Of a stretch of 64,000 nucleotides of DNA, positions 12,935-24,648 are shown piece after piece. Within the stretch, counting starts at the first letter, position 1, and every line of letters begins with the position of its first letter. Source of the DNA: Dendrobates tinctorius (lineage: Eukaryota); contig NW_027361788.1 in NCBI RefSeq assembly GCF_039654945.1, positions 5,642,001 through 5,706,000 on the forward strand, written 5' to 3'. Below the pieces are notes generated by a model. It did not search any database. It saw nothing but the letters and a program-made list of their open reading frames with translations, and had not been told where the DNA came from. Made by a program: the position numbers and the translations under genes.

Positions 12935-14273
12935 ATGGAGACACGGGGGCAGGATTGGAGACACAGAGGCAAATATGGAGACAGGGGGCAGGATTGGAGA
13001 CACACAGGGGCAAATATGTAGACAGGGGGCAGGATTGGAGACACACAGGGGCAAATATGGAGACAGGGGGCAGGATTGGAGACACTCAGGGGTAAATATG
13101 TAGACAGGGGGCAGGATTGGAGACACACAGGGCAAATATGTAGACGGGGCAGGATTGGAGACACAGGGGAAAATATGGAGACGGGGCAGGATTGGAGACA
13201 CAGGAGCAAATATGGAGGCAGGGGGCAGGATTTGAGACACACGGGCAAATATGGAGACAGGGGGCAGAAATGGGGACACACAGGGGCAAATATGGAGACA
13301 GGGTGCAGGATTGGAGACACACAGGGGCAAATATGTAGACACGGGGGCAAAAAGCAAGACATGGGGTAGAATGCAAGACATGGGGGCAGAATGCAAGACA
13401 TGGGGACAGAATACAGACAAGGGGGCAGAATGTGAGACATGGGGGCAGAATGCGAGACATGGGGGCAGAATGCAGACATGGGGCAGACTACGAGACATGG
13501 GGCAGAATGCGAGACATGGGAGCGGAATGCAGACATAATGGGGCAGAATGTGAGACATGGGGGCAGAATACAAGACATGGGGGCAGAATGCAAGACATGG
13601 GGGCAGAATACAAGACATGGTAGAATGCAGACATGGGGCAGAATACAAGATATGGGGCAGAATACAAGACATGGGTGCAGAATGCAGACATGATGGGGCA
13701 GAATGCAGACTTGATGGGGGCAGAATGCAGACATTGGGGCAGAATGCAAGACATGGAGGCAGAATGCAAGACATGGGGGCAGAATGTGAGACATGAGGGC
13801 AGAATGCAGGACGTGGGGGCAGAATGCAAGACAAGGGGCAGAATGCAAGACATGGGGGCAGAATGCAAGACATGGGGCAGAATGTGACAGTAAGACACAG
13901 GAGGGGGCAGAATGTGACATTGAGACACAGGAGGGGGCAGAATGAGAGACATTGGGGCAGAATGTGACAGTGAGACACAGGAGGGGGCAGAATGTGACAG
14001 TGAGACACAGGAGGGGGCAGAATGTGACAGTGAGACACAGGAGGGGGCAGAATGTGACAGTGAGACACAGGAGGGGGCAGAATGTGACAGTGAGACACAG
14101 GGGGGGCAGAATGCGAGAAACGGGGGCAGAATGACCATGGGGGCAGAATGTGAGACACGGGGTCAGAATGGACATGGGGCATAATGTGACAGTAAGACAC
14201 AGGAGAGGGCAGAATGTGACAGTGAGACACAGCAGGGGGAAAAATGTGACAGTGAGACACGGGACAGAATGTG
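12935..14273. repeat. Minisatellite with GGGGCAGAAT core (units ~40, ~20-21, then 30 bp)
   Basis: Direct reading; resumes at 20216-20336 and 24796-24975. Confidence 0.92.
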
Positions 14274-15137
14274 TGTTAGTGTGGGTGGTCTGGAGCAGGA
14301 ACCTCCGGGAGTGGACCCTCTGGACCGTGGCACCGAGGGTCCCCGGGCGAGCTGCCAGGTGGAACCGACCCCTATACAGGGACCGTTAGGAGCAGGCCCA
14401 GGGGTTCGAGTACCACGGTAGCTGGTACCGAGAGGGGCGGCTCAGGATGGACCGGAGTAAGACTGAGACTGGAGTAGGACGGCAGGAACACTGAAGGCAG
14501 GACTGGAGTAGGACAGCAGGAACACTGAAGGCAGGACTGGAGTAGGACAGCAGGAACACTGAAGGCAGGACTGGAATAGGATGGCAGGAACACTGGAGGC
14601 TGGACTGGAGTAGGACAGCAGGAACACTGAAGGCAGGACTGGAGTAGGACGGCAGGAACACTGAAAGCAGGACTGGAGTAGGATGGCAGGAACACTGGAG
14701 GCAGGACTGTAGCAGGACGGCAGGAACACTGGAGACAGAACAAGGAACACGGGTAGCAGGACTGAGAAGCTGCTGGAAGGAGAAGCCGACACTGGAACTG
14801 CGGGAGCAGAGTGCACACGATGAAGCTAGGCCAGAGTGTTAGGAAACACAACGATCATGCGCCTCCCTCAGGGGGAAGCGGCCTGATATGGCCCCGTCTG
14901 GTCAGCCATTGGTCCAAAGGTGCTTCCGGGTCAGGGCACAGCCGGAGCATAAGAAGCAGGAGGGAGGCGCGGCCGAGGCCTATGGCGCTGCGCATAGCAT
15001 GCAGGGAAGGCATCGGTCGTGAGCCCGTCTCAGGTGACCGCCGCGGCCTTCGGGTGGAGAGAGGCTGCGGCGTGGGAGCGGAGACCGACTGCGGCGTGGG
15101 AGTGGAGGCCGGGTGAGTATGGCGGAGCGGTGTAACT
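14274..15137 (-). repeat. 3' LTR with internal 34-bp tandem repeat
   Basis: Direct repeat of 19372-20215. Confidence 0.95.
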
Positions 15138-15169
15138 GTACCCCTCCCTAAGCCGCCCTCCCCGGAGGT

Positions 15170-18100
15170 TAGCGAGAAACCTCCTGAGGATACGGGGAGC
15201 ATTGATATTCTCCTGAGGCTCCCAGGATCTCTCCTCAGGACCAAAACCCTTCCAATCAACAAGAAAGAAAGTCCTACCTCTAACCCTTTTCACAGCAAGA
15301 ATGTCCTGCACTTGAAAAATGTCGTCGGCACCCACCGGCTGAGGACCAGGATCAAGTGAGGAATGGAAGCGATTCAGCACCACAGGTTTCAGGAGAGAGA
15401 CATGGAAGGTGTTCGGGACCCGGAGCGAAGCAGGCAACCTCAATTTGTAGGCGACTTCATTGATACGTCCAAGAATTTCAAACAGACCGATGTAGCTTGG
15501 CCCCAACTTGTAGGAGGGCAGTTTCAACCGGATAAATTTGGATGAGAGCCAGACCTTGTCCCCAACACGATAGGGTGGAGGACCCAATCTCTTCTTGTCG
15601 GCAAAATTCTTCATCCGATCAGCGGACTTCTTGAGTGACGTGTTGGTCTCGGCCCAGATCTTGGAAAACTCGGAGGACAAAGCGTTGGCCGCGGGTACCT
15701 CGGAGGCAGGAGTTATCGGAAGAGGAACACCAGGATGTTTGCCAAAAACAATGAAAAATAGAGACTTGGCCGAAGACTCACTCTGCCCAGGGGAGTAAGT
15801 TGACCCAAGCATTCTGGTGGGCGTTGGAGAAGTGCCGTAAGTACCCCGTAAGCGTCTGGTTGGTACGCTCTACCTGTCCGTTGGACTGTGGATGGTAGGC
15901 CGAGGAGAAATCGAGGGAAACGTTCATGAGCTTACAAAGCGAACGCCAGAACTTGGAGGTAAACTGAACCCCTCGGTCAGACACAATGCGTCGAGGTAAT
16001 CCGTTAAGTCTGAAGATTCGACCAATTAAGATTTTGGCCAGCTCCGGCAATGAGGGAAGACCGGGAAAAGGGACGAAGTGAGCCATCTTGGAAAAACGAT
16101 CCACCACCACCAGGATGACTGTGCAGCCCACAGAGCAGGGTAGGTCGGTGATGAAATCCATGGCGATGTTCTCCCAAGGAACCGTAGGGACGGGTAATGG
16201 AAGCAACAAGCCGGACTGAGGTCTCCGTGGCACTTTGTTTCTTGCACAGGATGGACAAGAAGCCACAAAGTCGAGTACATCTTGGCGAAGCATGGACCAC
16301 CAGTAGTGACGCGTGATAAGATCAAGGGTCTTCTTAGTTCTGGCATGGCCGGCCACTTTGGAGGAGTGCCCCCATAGAAGAACCTTTTGCTTGAGATTCT
16401 CTGGCACAAGCGTCTTGCCAGGTGGGGGAGTAAGCCAGTTCACCGGAGCCATGGTGATGATCCTAGTGGGATCAATGATGGGCGAAGGTTCTTCCGTGGA
16501 TTCGTGTGGCTGGAAGACCCTGGACAGGGCGTCGGCTTTGGAATTCTTGTTGCCAGGACAGAATCGGAGCTCGAAATCAAATCGGGCGAAAAATAGGGAC
16601 CATCTGGCCTGGCGAGGGTTAAGTCTCTGGGCAGACTGGAGATAGGCCAGATTCTTGTGGTCCGAGTAGATGACAAAAGGATGGACAGCTCCTTCCAGGA
16701 GGTGGCGCCATTCCTCCAAGTTCAACTTGATGGCCAAAAGTTCCCGGTCGCCGATAGAGTAGTTATTCTCGGATGGAGAAAAGGCCTTCGAGAAGAAGCC
16801 ACAAGGGTGCAGGCGACCGGAGGCGGTTCTCTGGGACAGTACCGCCCCGGCACCCGTCGAGGAAGCGTCCACCTCGAGTACAAAAGGTCGATCGCTCTCA
16901 GGGCGATGCCGGACCGGAGCCGTGAAGAAAGCTCGTTTTATGGTCAGAAAGGCCTCCTCTGCCTCAGGAGACCAATCCTTGGAAGTAGACCCTTTACGGG
17001 TGAGTACAGAAATGGGTCTTGTGATCGCGGAGAAGTGGGAGACAAATTGCCGGTAATAGTTGGCGAACCCGAGGAATTGTTGTATCGCCTTTAATCCAAC
17101 GGGGCGAGGCCATTTGAGGATGGCAGACAACTTCTCGGGATCCATCCTTAGACCAGCGTCGGAGATAATGAATCCCAGAAACGGCAGAGAGGTCTGTTCA
17201 AAGAGACATTTCTCGATCTTCGCATACAGGCGGTTCTCCCGAAGACGCTGAAGCACCAGGCGGACACTCTTTCTGTGGGACGAGAGGTCCGGCGAGAAGA
17301 CGAGGATGTCGTCTAAGTACACGACCACACAGGAATACAAGAGATCCCGGAAGATCTCATTGACAAACTCTTGACCGAAGGGCATGACCAGGTACTCGTA
17401 ATGGCCATCTCGAGTGTTGAAAGCGGTCTTCCACTCATCACCTGCACCGATACGGACCAGGTTGTAGGCTCCTCTGAGGTCCAGCTTGGAAAAGACCCGA
17501 GCCCCTCTGAGACGGTCAAACAGCTCCGGAATGAGTGGAAGAGGGTACATGTTCTTGATCGTAATCTCATTCAAGCCCCTATAGTCAATGCATGGCCGTC
17601 GAGTTCCGTCCTTCTTTTTGATGAAGAAGAACCCGGCTCCCGCGGGTGAAGAGGATTTCCGTATAAAGCCTTTGGCGAGGTTCTCTCGGATGTACTCAGA
17701 CATGGCGGTGATCTCTGCGGGAGACAGAGGGTAGATTCTGCCCCTTGGAGGGGTTGAATCGGGAACAAATACAATTGGGCAGTCAAACGGGCGGTGTGGA
17801 GGGAGGACCTCCGCTTCCTTCTTATCAAAAACATTGGCGTAGGAGCTGTAAGCTGGAGGAAGATCCGGGAGGTCTGGAGGTGACCGAGGAGCGGCCGCCA
17901 GGCGGACAGGAGACGGACAGAGAGCTGGGCATGGGTGCCCCCAGCGGAGTATCTCCCCAGAAGACCGGTCGAGAACAGGCTGATGAGTCCTTAACCATGG
18001 AAGACCGAGTAGAATGGCGTGAGAGACCTTAGGTAAAACGTAAAAGGCTATCTTCTCTCGATGTAAGGCTCCGACTTGCAACTCCACCTCTTCAGTGACC

Positions 18101-18279
18101 AAGGTGACGGTCACCTGTAGCGGTTTGCCATCCACGGTGGCAATCTGAATTGGGTTAGATAGAGTGACTACAGGAATTTGGTATTTGTCCACCTCTTCCG
18201 GCCGAATGAAGTTACCCGCTGAGCCCGAATCCACGTAGGCCACCTCGGAACCACGCCTCCCTCCTGAAACCAAAAGCAC
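15170..18279 (-). pseudogene. pol: Pol polyprotein (PR, RT, RNase H, integrase, chromodomain); frameshift near 15790 and short RT deletion
   Basis: VDSGSAG; RPCIDYRGLN; YLDDIL; DASSTGAGAVL; H-x6-H...CPSC; AMDFI/SDRG/GQVER; FHVSLLKP; LVDWKGFGPEERSWEP. VMPFG runs straight into QEFVN, so the usual ~8-residue NAPA motif is missing. Confidence 0.95.
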
Positions 18280-18329
18280 AGAAATCGTAAGGGGTTGAGA
18301 GGGATCATCATCAGCTAGGAAGGCCTCTC

Positions 18330-19358
18330 TTACCTTACCAAGGAGGAGTCGTTTCCCAGTCTCTTAGGACAGGTGCGGATATAGAGGCACAGACCTTGTG
18401 CCTGTCTCCCTCTCTGACGCAACTCGGCCAACCTGAGACGATCTATCTGCATGGGCTCACCCGAAGAGAAGGAAGAGGGCCCGACCGAACGGGAGCTGGC
18501 AGACCGGGTGAAAGGAGAAACTGACCTGGAGGACCGCCTGTCTCTCGCTGACTCCCGAGCACGCTCCAGAAAGCGCAGATCAATGCAGGTAGCCAGCGAG
18601 ATAAGGTCCTCTAAGGTGGACGGGGTATCTCGACCTGCGAGTTTATCCTTTATTCTACTAGAAAGACCGCGCCAGAATGCCCCCACCAAAGCCACGTTAT
18701 TCCAGCCGAGCTCGGAGGAGACAGTGCAAAAGCGAATAGCGTACTGTCCGACCGTGAGAGAGCCCTGGTGTAAGTTAAAGAGTGACTCAGTAAGAGAGGC
18801 TAACCGACCCGGCTCATCGAAAACCTTACAAAACGTATCCAGGAAAACCGGGAGACTCGAGACGACCGGGTCGTCACGTTCCCAGAGCAGGTTTACCCAA
18901 GACAGGGCCTCTCCCTCCAGATGGGACATGATGAAGGCCACTTTGGCCCGATCCGAGGGATATTGCTGCTGAGGCAGCCATTCAAAATGGAGACTACACT
19001 GATTTAAGAACCCCCTACAGAGCTTGGGATCCCCGGTGAAACGTGGCGGCTTGGCGAGGCGGGGCGTCGGGAGAGCAGTAGACGCAGGAGGAGGAGTCGG
19101 CACTGCAGTGGCAGCCTGGAGGGCCGACAAGCGACTATCAAAGGAGGCCATATAGGACAAAATATGGGCTTGAGTATCTTGCTGCTGACCCAGCTCCTGT
19201 TGGAGACTGGCCAGCTGAGTGGCATTTCCAGGATCGGCCACCTGTAAAGCCGACAAACGGGTGTCCATTGACTTCATGACTGACATATTGCGCCCCTGAT
19301 TAACCCGTAGGAATAGCAACTCTTTCTGGGTAGCAGCCGTAGTACTGGCAGGGTCAAT
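18330..19358 (-). pseudogene. gag: Gag (PEG10/RTL1-like capsid); zinc knuckle partly deleted, probable ATG mutated to ATT
   Basis: PPRFTGDPKLCRGFLNQC, AKVAFIMSHLEGEALSW, LHQGSLTVGQY, EPMQID; CLY|IRTCP lacks the knuckle centre. Confidence 0.9.
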
Positions 19359-19371
19359 GGCCTCATCGTAC

Positions 19372-20215
19372 TGTTAGCGTGGGTGGTCTGGAGCAGGAAC
19401 CTCCGGGAGTGGACCCTCTGGACTGTGGCACCGAGGGTCCCTGGGCGAGCTGCCAGGTGGAACCGACCCCTATACAGGGACCGTTAGGAGCAGGCCCAGG
19501 GGTTCGAGTACCATGGTAGCCGGTACCGAGAGGGGCGGCTCAGGATGGACCGGAGTAAGACTGAGACTGGAGTAGGACGGCAGGAACACTGAAGGCAGGA
19601 CTGGAGTAGGACAGCAGGAACACTGAAGGCAGGACTGGAGTATGACAGCAGGAACACTGAAAGCAGGACTGGAGTAGGATGGCAGGAACACTGGAGGCTG
19701 GACTGGAGTAGGACAGCAGGAACACTGAAGGCAGGACTGGAACAGGATAGCAGGAACACTGAAAGCAGGACTGGAGTAGGATGGCAGGAACACTGGAGAC
19801 AGAACTGCGGAAGAGAACAAGGAACACGGGTAGCAGGACTGAGAAGCTGCTGGGAGGAGAAGCCGACACTGGAACTGCGGGAGCAGAGTGCACATGATGA
19901 AGCGAGGCCAGAGTTTTAGGAAACACAACGATCAGGCGCCTCCCTCAGGGGGAAGCGGCCTGATATGGCCCCGTCTGGTCAGCCATTGGTCCAAAGGTGC
20001 TTCCGGGTCAGGGCACAGCCGGAGCATAAGAAGCAGGAGGGAGGAGTGGCCGCGGCTTATGGCGCATGCGCATAGCATGCAGGGAAGGCATCGGTCGCGA
20101 GCCCGTCTCAGGTGACCGCCGCGGCCTTCGGGTGGAGAGAGGCTGCGGCGTGGGAGCGGAGACCGACTGCGGCGTGGGAGTGGAGGCCAGGTGAGTATGG
20201 CGGAGTGGTGTAACA
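19372..20215 (-). repeat. 5' LTR
   Basis: TGTTA...TAACA; direct repeat of 14274-15137. Confidence 0.95.
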
Positions 20216-20631
20216 ATGTGACGGTGAAACACAGGAAGGGGCAGAATGTGAGGCACGGGGACAGAATGTGACAGTAAGACACAGGAGGGGCAGAATGTGA
20301 CAGTGAGACACAGGATGGGGCAGTATGTGACAGTAAGGCTACTTTCACACTTGCTTTTTTTTGCAGCGCGTTTTTTGCGCCAAAAAAGCATGGAAAAAAC
20401 GCATACAAACGCTGCGTTTTTTTCAAGCATTTATGCGTTTTTTATGTGTTTGTATGCGTTTTTAGTGCGTTTGCGTTTTTTTCCACATTGTTTGTCCTCA
20501 CCCAAAAATAAAAACAAATAATAATCTGGCAACACACACAACCAATGGGACATCAGTGGCGGTGTGGTATGTTAATATATAGACCCTGTCTACAGTATTC
20601 TTCACATTTGCTTGAATGTTCTCGTGTCAAC

Positions 20632-22029
20632 ATGGATCTGCGCTGGAAGAGTTTTCACTTCAACTTGGATTTGGACATCGCGATGGCTCAGGCTTATGCA
20701 GTTGCTTGCCATGAACAAAGGAAGAGAGAGAGGCAGCGAAGACGGCAGTGGCGGCGTATGTGGATACATCCGATTGTTGAACTCCGGGAGAGCCGTGGGG
20801 CATACCACACCCTCTACAGTGAGCTACAGGCAAACCCGGAGAAATTTACAGATTATATCCGGATGTCCCAAGAAAGCTTCAGGGATTTGCTTGCTCGTGT
20901 CCAAGAATCCATCCGGAGACAGGACACACAGCTCCGTCGTGCGATTCCTCCTGAGGAACGGCTACTGGTGACATTACGGTACGTAATATTTAAAAACCAA
21001 GGGGTGGGGTCTGATGTTTTTTTTTACATGTACTATTCAAAACCTTGGCTGATTATTTTTCGTGAATGTACTAATATTTTATTTTATAGTTTTACAAAAC
21101 CATATACAGAAATATTAATTTTACTTCTTTCTCTGTTTCGCAGATTCCTGGCAACTGGAGAAACCCTATCTTCACTACACTTCCAGTACCGTATTGGAAT
21201 CTCTACCTTGTCTGGAATTGTTGTGGACACCTGCTGGGCTCTCTGGAATGTTCTTTGTCCAGAATTTATGCCCCTACCCACCGCTGAAAAGTGGATGGAA
21301 ATTGCTGACAAATTCTGGACAGTCTGCAATTTCCCCAACTGTTTGGGAGCTGTTGATGGTAAACACATACGGATCATCAAACCCAAAAGAACTGGATCTG
21401 AGTACTATAATTACAAAAAGTACTTTTCAATAGTACTCATGGCCATTGTGGATGCCGGATGTATGTTTGAAGCAGTGGACAATGGCTCATTTGGCCGTGG
21501 TAACGACTCACAGGCTTTTAAAAACTCAGACATGGGCCGGAGGTTGTATGGCAACCAATTTAATTTCCCTATGCCATGGCCTCTTCCTCACACCGAAGCT
21601 CCGCCACTGCCCTTTGTAATGGTTGGGGATGAGGCTTTTCAAATGTGCGCAAACTTACTGAAACCCTACTCCAGCCGGGACTTGGACCAAACCAAAAAAA
21701 TATTTAATTACAGGCTGACCAGGGCCAGAAGAACTGTCGAGTGTGCTTTTGGGATTCTTGTCTCCAGATGGCGAATTCTCGGCACAGCCAATAATCTTAA
21801 ACTTGAAACAGTCGTTGAGGTGGTGAAGGCGTGTGTGGTTCTACATAATTTTGTGATGGCTAAAGAGCACCCGACCTTTGAACTGGATGATGCTGCTCCT
21901 AACCCATTGCCTGAATTCACTCAGCACCCTCTCAGGTCATCCGTTGAAGTTGGCCAAATGAGGGACCAATTTGTGGCCTACTTTATCTCTGATGTAGGAC
22001 GGGTGCACTGGCAAGATGAAATGGTGTAA
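20632..22029 (+). CDS. Harbinger DDE transposase (HARBI1-like), 410 aa after splicing; exons 20632-20978 and 21144-22029
   Basis: GAVDGKH, YNYKKYFS, VGDEAF, FNYRLTRARRTVECAFGIL, ACVVLHN; GT..AG intron 20979-21143 restores VTLR/FLATG; AATAAA at ~22053 and ~22108. Confidence 0.92.
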   Translation: MDLRWKSFHFNLDLDIAMAQAYAVACHEQRKRERQRRRQWRRMWIHPIVELRESRGAYHTLYSELQANPEKFTDYIRMSQESFRDLLARVQESIRRQDTQLRRAIPPEERLLVTLRYVIFKNQGVGSDVFFYMYYSKPWLIIFRECTNILFYSFTKPYTEILILLLSLFRRFLATGETLSSLHFQYRIGISTLSGIVVDTCWALWNVLCPEFMPLPTAEKWMEIADKFWTVCNFPNCLGAVDGKHIRIIKPKRTGSEYYNYKKYFSIVLMAIVDAGCMFEAVDNGSFGRGNDSQAFKNSDMGRRLYGNQFNFPMPWPLPHTEAPPLPFVMVGDEAFQMCANLLKPYSSRDLDQTKKIFNYRLTRARRTVECAFGILVSRWRILGTANNLKLETVVEVVKACVVLHNFVMAKEHPTFELDDAAPNPLPEFTQHPLRSSVEVGQMRDQFVAYFISDVGRVHWQDEMV

Positions 22030-22286
22030 GAATGTTTTCGCTTGTGTATGTTAATAAAAAACCTGATTTAATACCAATACCGAGTGCACTATGTTTTTTA
22101 CACTCCAATAAAATAAAAAACTTCCAATGTATACCTGTGAATTCATGATGTTCTCAAACCTGCGCAGGTAAATACACATATGAGTTAAAATGCAGCATCG
22201 CTAGTCTGCGTTAAATATATTGGTATGTAAGCAAAGCTGCAGGTTAAATATGATATGGGTATTAACCAGGCCATGATTGATAAATA

Positions 22287-22565
22287 ATGAGAAAATGGAA
22301 ACGGTCTTAGGAGTGCAGGAAAGAGACTCAGACAAGAGATGGGGTAAAACCACAACGCGTTTCGACGGAGGATCCGTCTTCATCAGGTGGAAACTTCCTC
22401 TTGTCTGAGTCTCTTTCCTGCGCTCCTAAGACCGTTTCCATTTTCTCATTGCTCCTATCCTCCATTGGAGGTTTTCGGCTGGAGCTGCGGTGGAGACCTG
22501 ACATTTTTGTCTGCCCCTGGGTTGCTTCCTAAGCGCTCCTCTATGACCGCTTATCACTGACTCTT
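22287..22565. mobile_element. Penelope-like fragment with inverted repeat
   Basis: Flanked by a 14-bp duplication ATGATTGATAAATA; ~52-bp inverted repeat (22287-22339 / ~22399-22450); contains a hammerhead core. Confidence 0.7.
22350..22390 (-). ncRNA. Minimal type I hammerhead ribozyme
   Basis: Minus strand reads CCAC-CUGAUGA-A-GACGGA-UCC-UCCGUC-GAAA-CGCG-UU-GUGG: core motifs, 6-bp stem II, 4-bp stem I, palindromic stem III. Confidence 0.82.
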
Positions 22566-23102
22566 ATGATTGATAAATAGTTATGATTATGACATTTGAG
22601 CGACTTTGGTAGGATCGGGTTTCATGAAAACAAATTTGTTTCAAATGAAAATTGTCCAACTAGTGGAAAACAAGTAGGAGATTCGTTAAAAACCAAACCA
22701 CAATGCAAAGAAACTCGCCTTTTTTTTGCCCGAGTTTCACCAGTTTGTGTTTCAGGAAACCAGATCCTAGTTGGTAAAACGCTAGTTATTATACTAGGCC
22801 TTGGTATTTAACATATTAACATATGACGTGTATTTTACCCATCAGTGGATTCAACACACAAGAGTATGTTGTTAATTACAAGGTATATCAATAATCCCCC
22901 TTGCCTAGAATCACAATAAGTGAAATGAGGATGGTAAAAACAGCCAATCCTCCAAACACTTTTTATAACACCTTGCAAAGTTTAAGTCGCATTGTGTGTA
23001 CGGCGCAGTGTGTGTGAGCGGCGCCAAAAACATTAATCAAACTTTGTAATGGTGAACCAGAAATTTTAAATTTATTTTTAACCAGAAAAATTAAAAAAAA
23101 CT

Positions 23103-24648
23103 TTATTTTTTTCTGCGTTTGGGGGCAGATGGTTGCAAGTTGGGGGTGTGCAGGGAAGATGCAGAACTTACAGTTGAAGAAGGTGTTCTAGGGGAAGGGG
23201 CAACAAAACTTGTGGGGAAAGGGAGTCCAGTTATGGGAATTGAACTAGAGACACTTGGAGGAGAGGAAAGAGGTTCAGGGACATTGGTCCTAAGTGCTTG
23301 TCTCCGTAAACTTGTCTGCCTGGACCTACTTGGGCCCAATGCCCGCCTTGATTGATGGCGCCTTAAACTTAGGGCAAATTTTGAATGTGAGTCCCTCGTC
23401 TGCAGCTGTGGCTGCTGCTGCTGTGGCTGCTGCTGTGGCTGCTGCTGATGCTGTGGCTGCTGCTGCTGCGGTGACTGCTGCTGCTGCGGTGGCTGCTGCT
23501 GATGCTGTGGCTGCTGCTGATGCTCTGTGGTGGCGGTGGCAGTGCTCATCCTTGCAGGAGGACTGGTGGTGGCAGTGATGGTCCAGGTTTGCGGAGTGGT
23601 GGTGGCAGGGCTACTACATGTTGTTGTAGCGGCAGGGCTGTTCCACGTTTGCAGAGTGGTGGCTGTGCTCCAAGCATGCATGGGGTGGCGGTGGTGCTCC
23701 AGACAGGAGCAGCGCTTGCCATGGTGGTGTTGGTGAAGTGACCAGCTGCACTCAGACTTGTGGTGGTGTAACGGTGGGTGTCCAGGCTTTGAATAGAGCT
23801 ATCCGTGCAGTGGTATGCAGCACAAGTCTGTAGTGAGGTGAAGCGGGTTAATGGTGGCACAGGTGGAAATGACACCACTGACTGCTGCCCGTACCGATTA
23901 TGCTGCATAGCCTGCAAGAAAGCATTGTTGCAGGCCTGCAGCACCTTCAGCTGTTGCTCAGGACTAAGGTGTTCCGCCAGGCCCTTTTCAATCTTACTAA
24001 AAAAATGGTGCGCTGGTCTGTTGAGGTCGGCTTCCAGACAGTCAAGGCGCTGTTCGACAGAATGGAAGCGGTGTTCCATGTGGTTAAAACCATGTTCCAT
24101 GAGTGAAAAACCGCTTTCCACTCTGTCGGACAGCGACTTGAGGCTGGCATTAAAGGCCTCGCTCAAGTGCATAAACTCGGGCAAGACATTCCTGTCCAAG
24201 GCCCTCTGCCGCTGGCAGGTAGTGCCCGCATAACCAGTGGCAGAGACCTGGGACAGGGGAACACCTGATGGACCTGCTTCCTGGTCACCACCTGTCTGTG
24301 TGGCTGACCTGCAAGGTGCTTCCTGGCTGTCGGATGGCTGGGACGGGTCAGAGGACGTCCGATGAGGGACCGCTCCAGGGCCAGGTTGCAGGGTGCTGCT
24401 CCAGGTGCTGTGGAAGAAAGGAAAATCATTACTATCATGCCTTTACAAGAAGCATCACCTGTGGATTAGAAAAACACAGATTAATAAAAATAAAAAGCAA
24501 AAAATTATAATACTTACGATCTGGTGGCAAGGACAGGTCTTAGGAACTGCAACGCGTGATAGTATCGGTATCTTGTTCTTGTCCTCGACACAGATCCACT
24601 GCGAACCTGGCCCTCAGCACGAACATCACTGTTGAAGCGGTCACGCAC
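23103..24648 (-). pseudogene. Harbinger MADF/Myb-SANT partner gene, 5'-truncated and frameshifted
   Basis: Exon 24648-24518 reads VRDRFNSDVRAEGQVRSGS...YRYYHALQFLRPVL (end of MADF domain); GTAAGT..CAG intron 24517-24408; BESS-like HHFFSKIEKGL..LSPEQQLKV; polyQ tract; terminal PKRRKK. Confidence 0.78.

Larger units (their letters stand above)
14274..20215 (-). mobile_element. Full-length Ty3/Gypsy chromovirus (Tf1/sushi-like), mildly decayed
   Basis: Two LTRs; perfect 5-bp TSD ATGTG; gag, PR-RT-RH-IN-chromodomain order; PPT at 15138-15150. Confidence 0.97.

Noticed and set aside
12853-14260. Long Cys/Pro/His-rich ORFs (440 and 452 aa)
   Set aside because: Translations of the minisatellite, open in several frames; not genes
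14372-14851. Repetitive ORFs in the Gypsy LTRs
   Set aside because: Artefact of the 34-bp tandem repeat
20545-22029. Host HARBI1 gene
   Set aside because: Enclosed by TIRs, paired with a MADF gene and nested in a satellite, so it is a transposon copy
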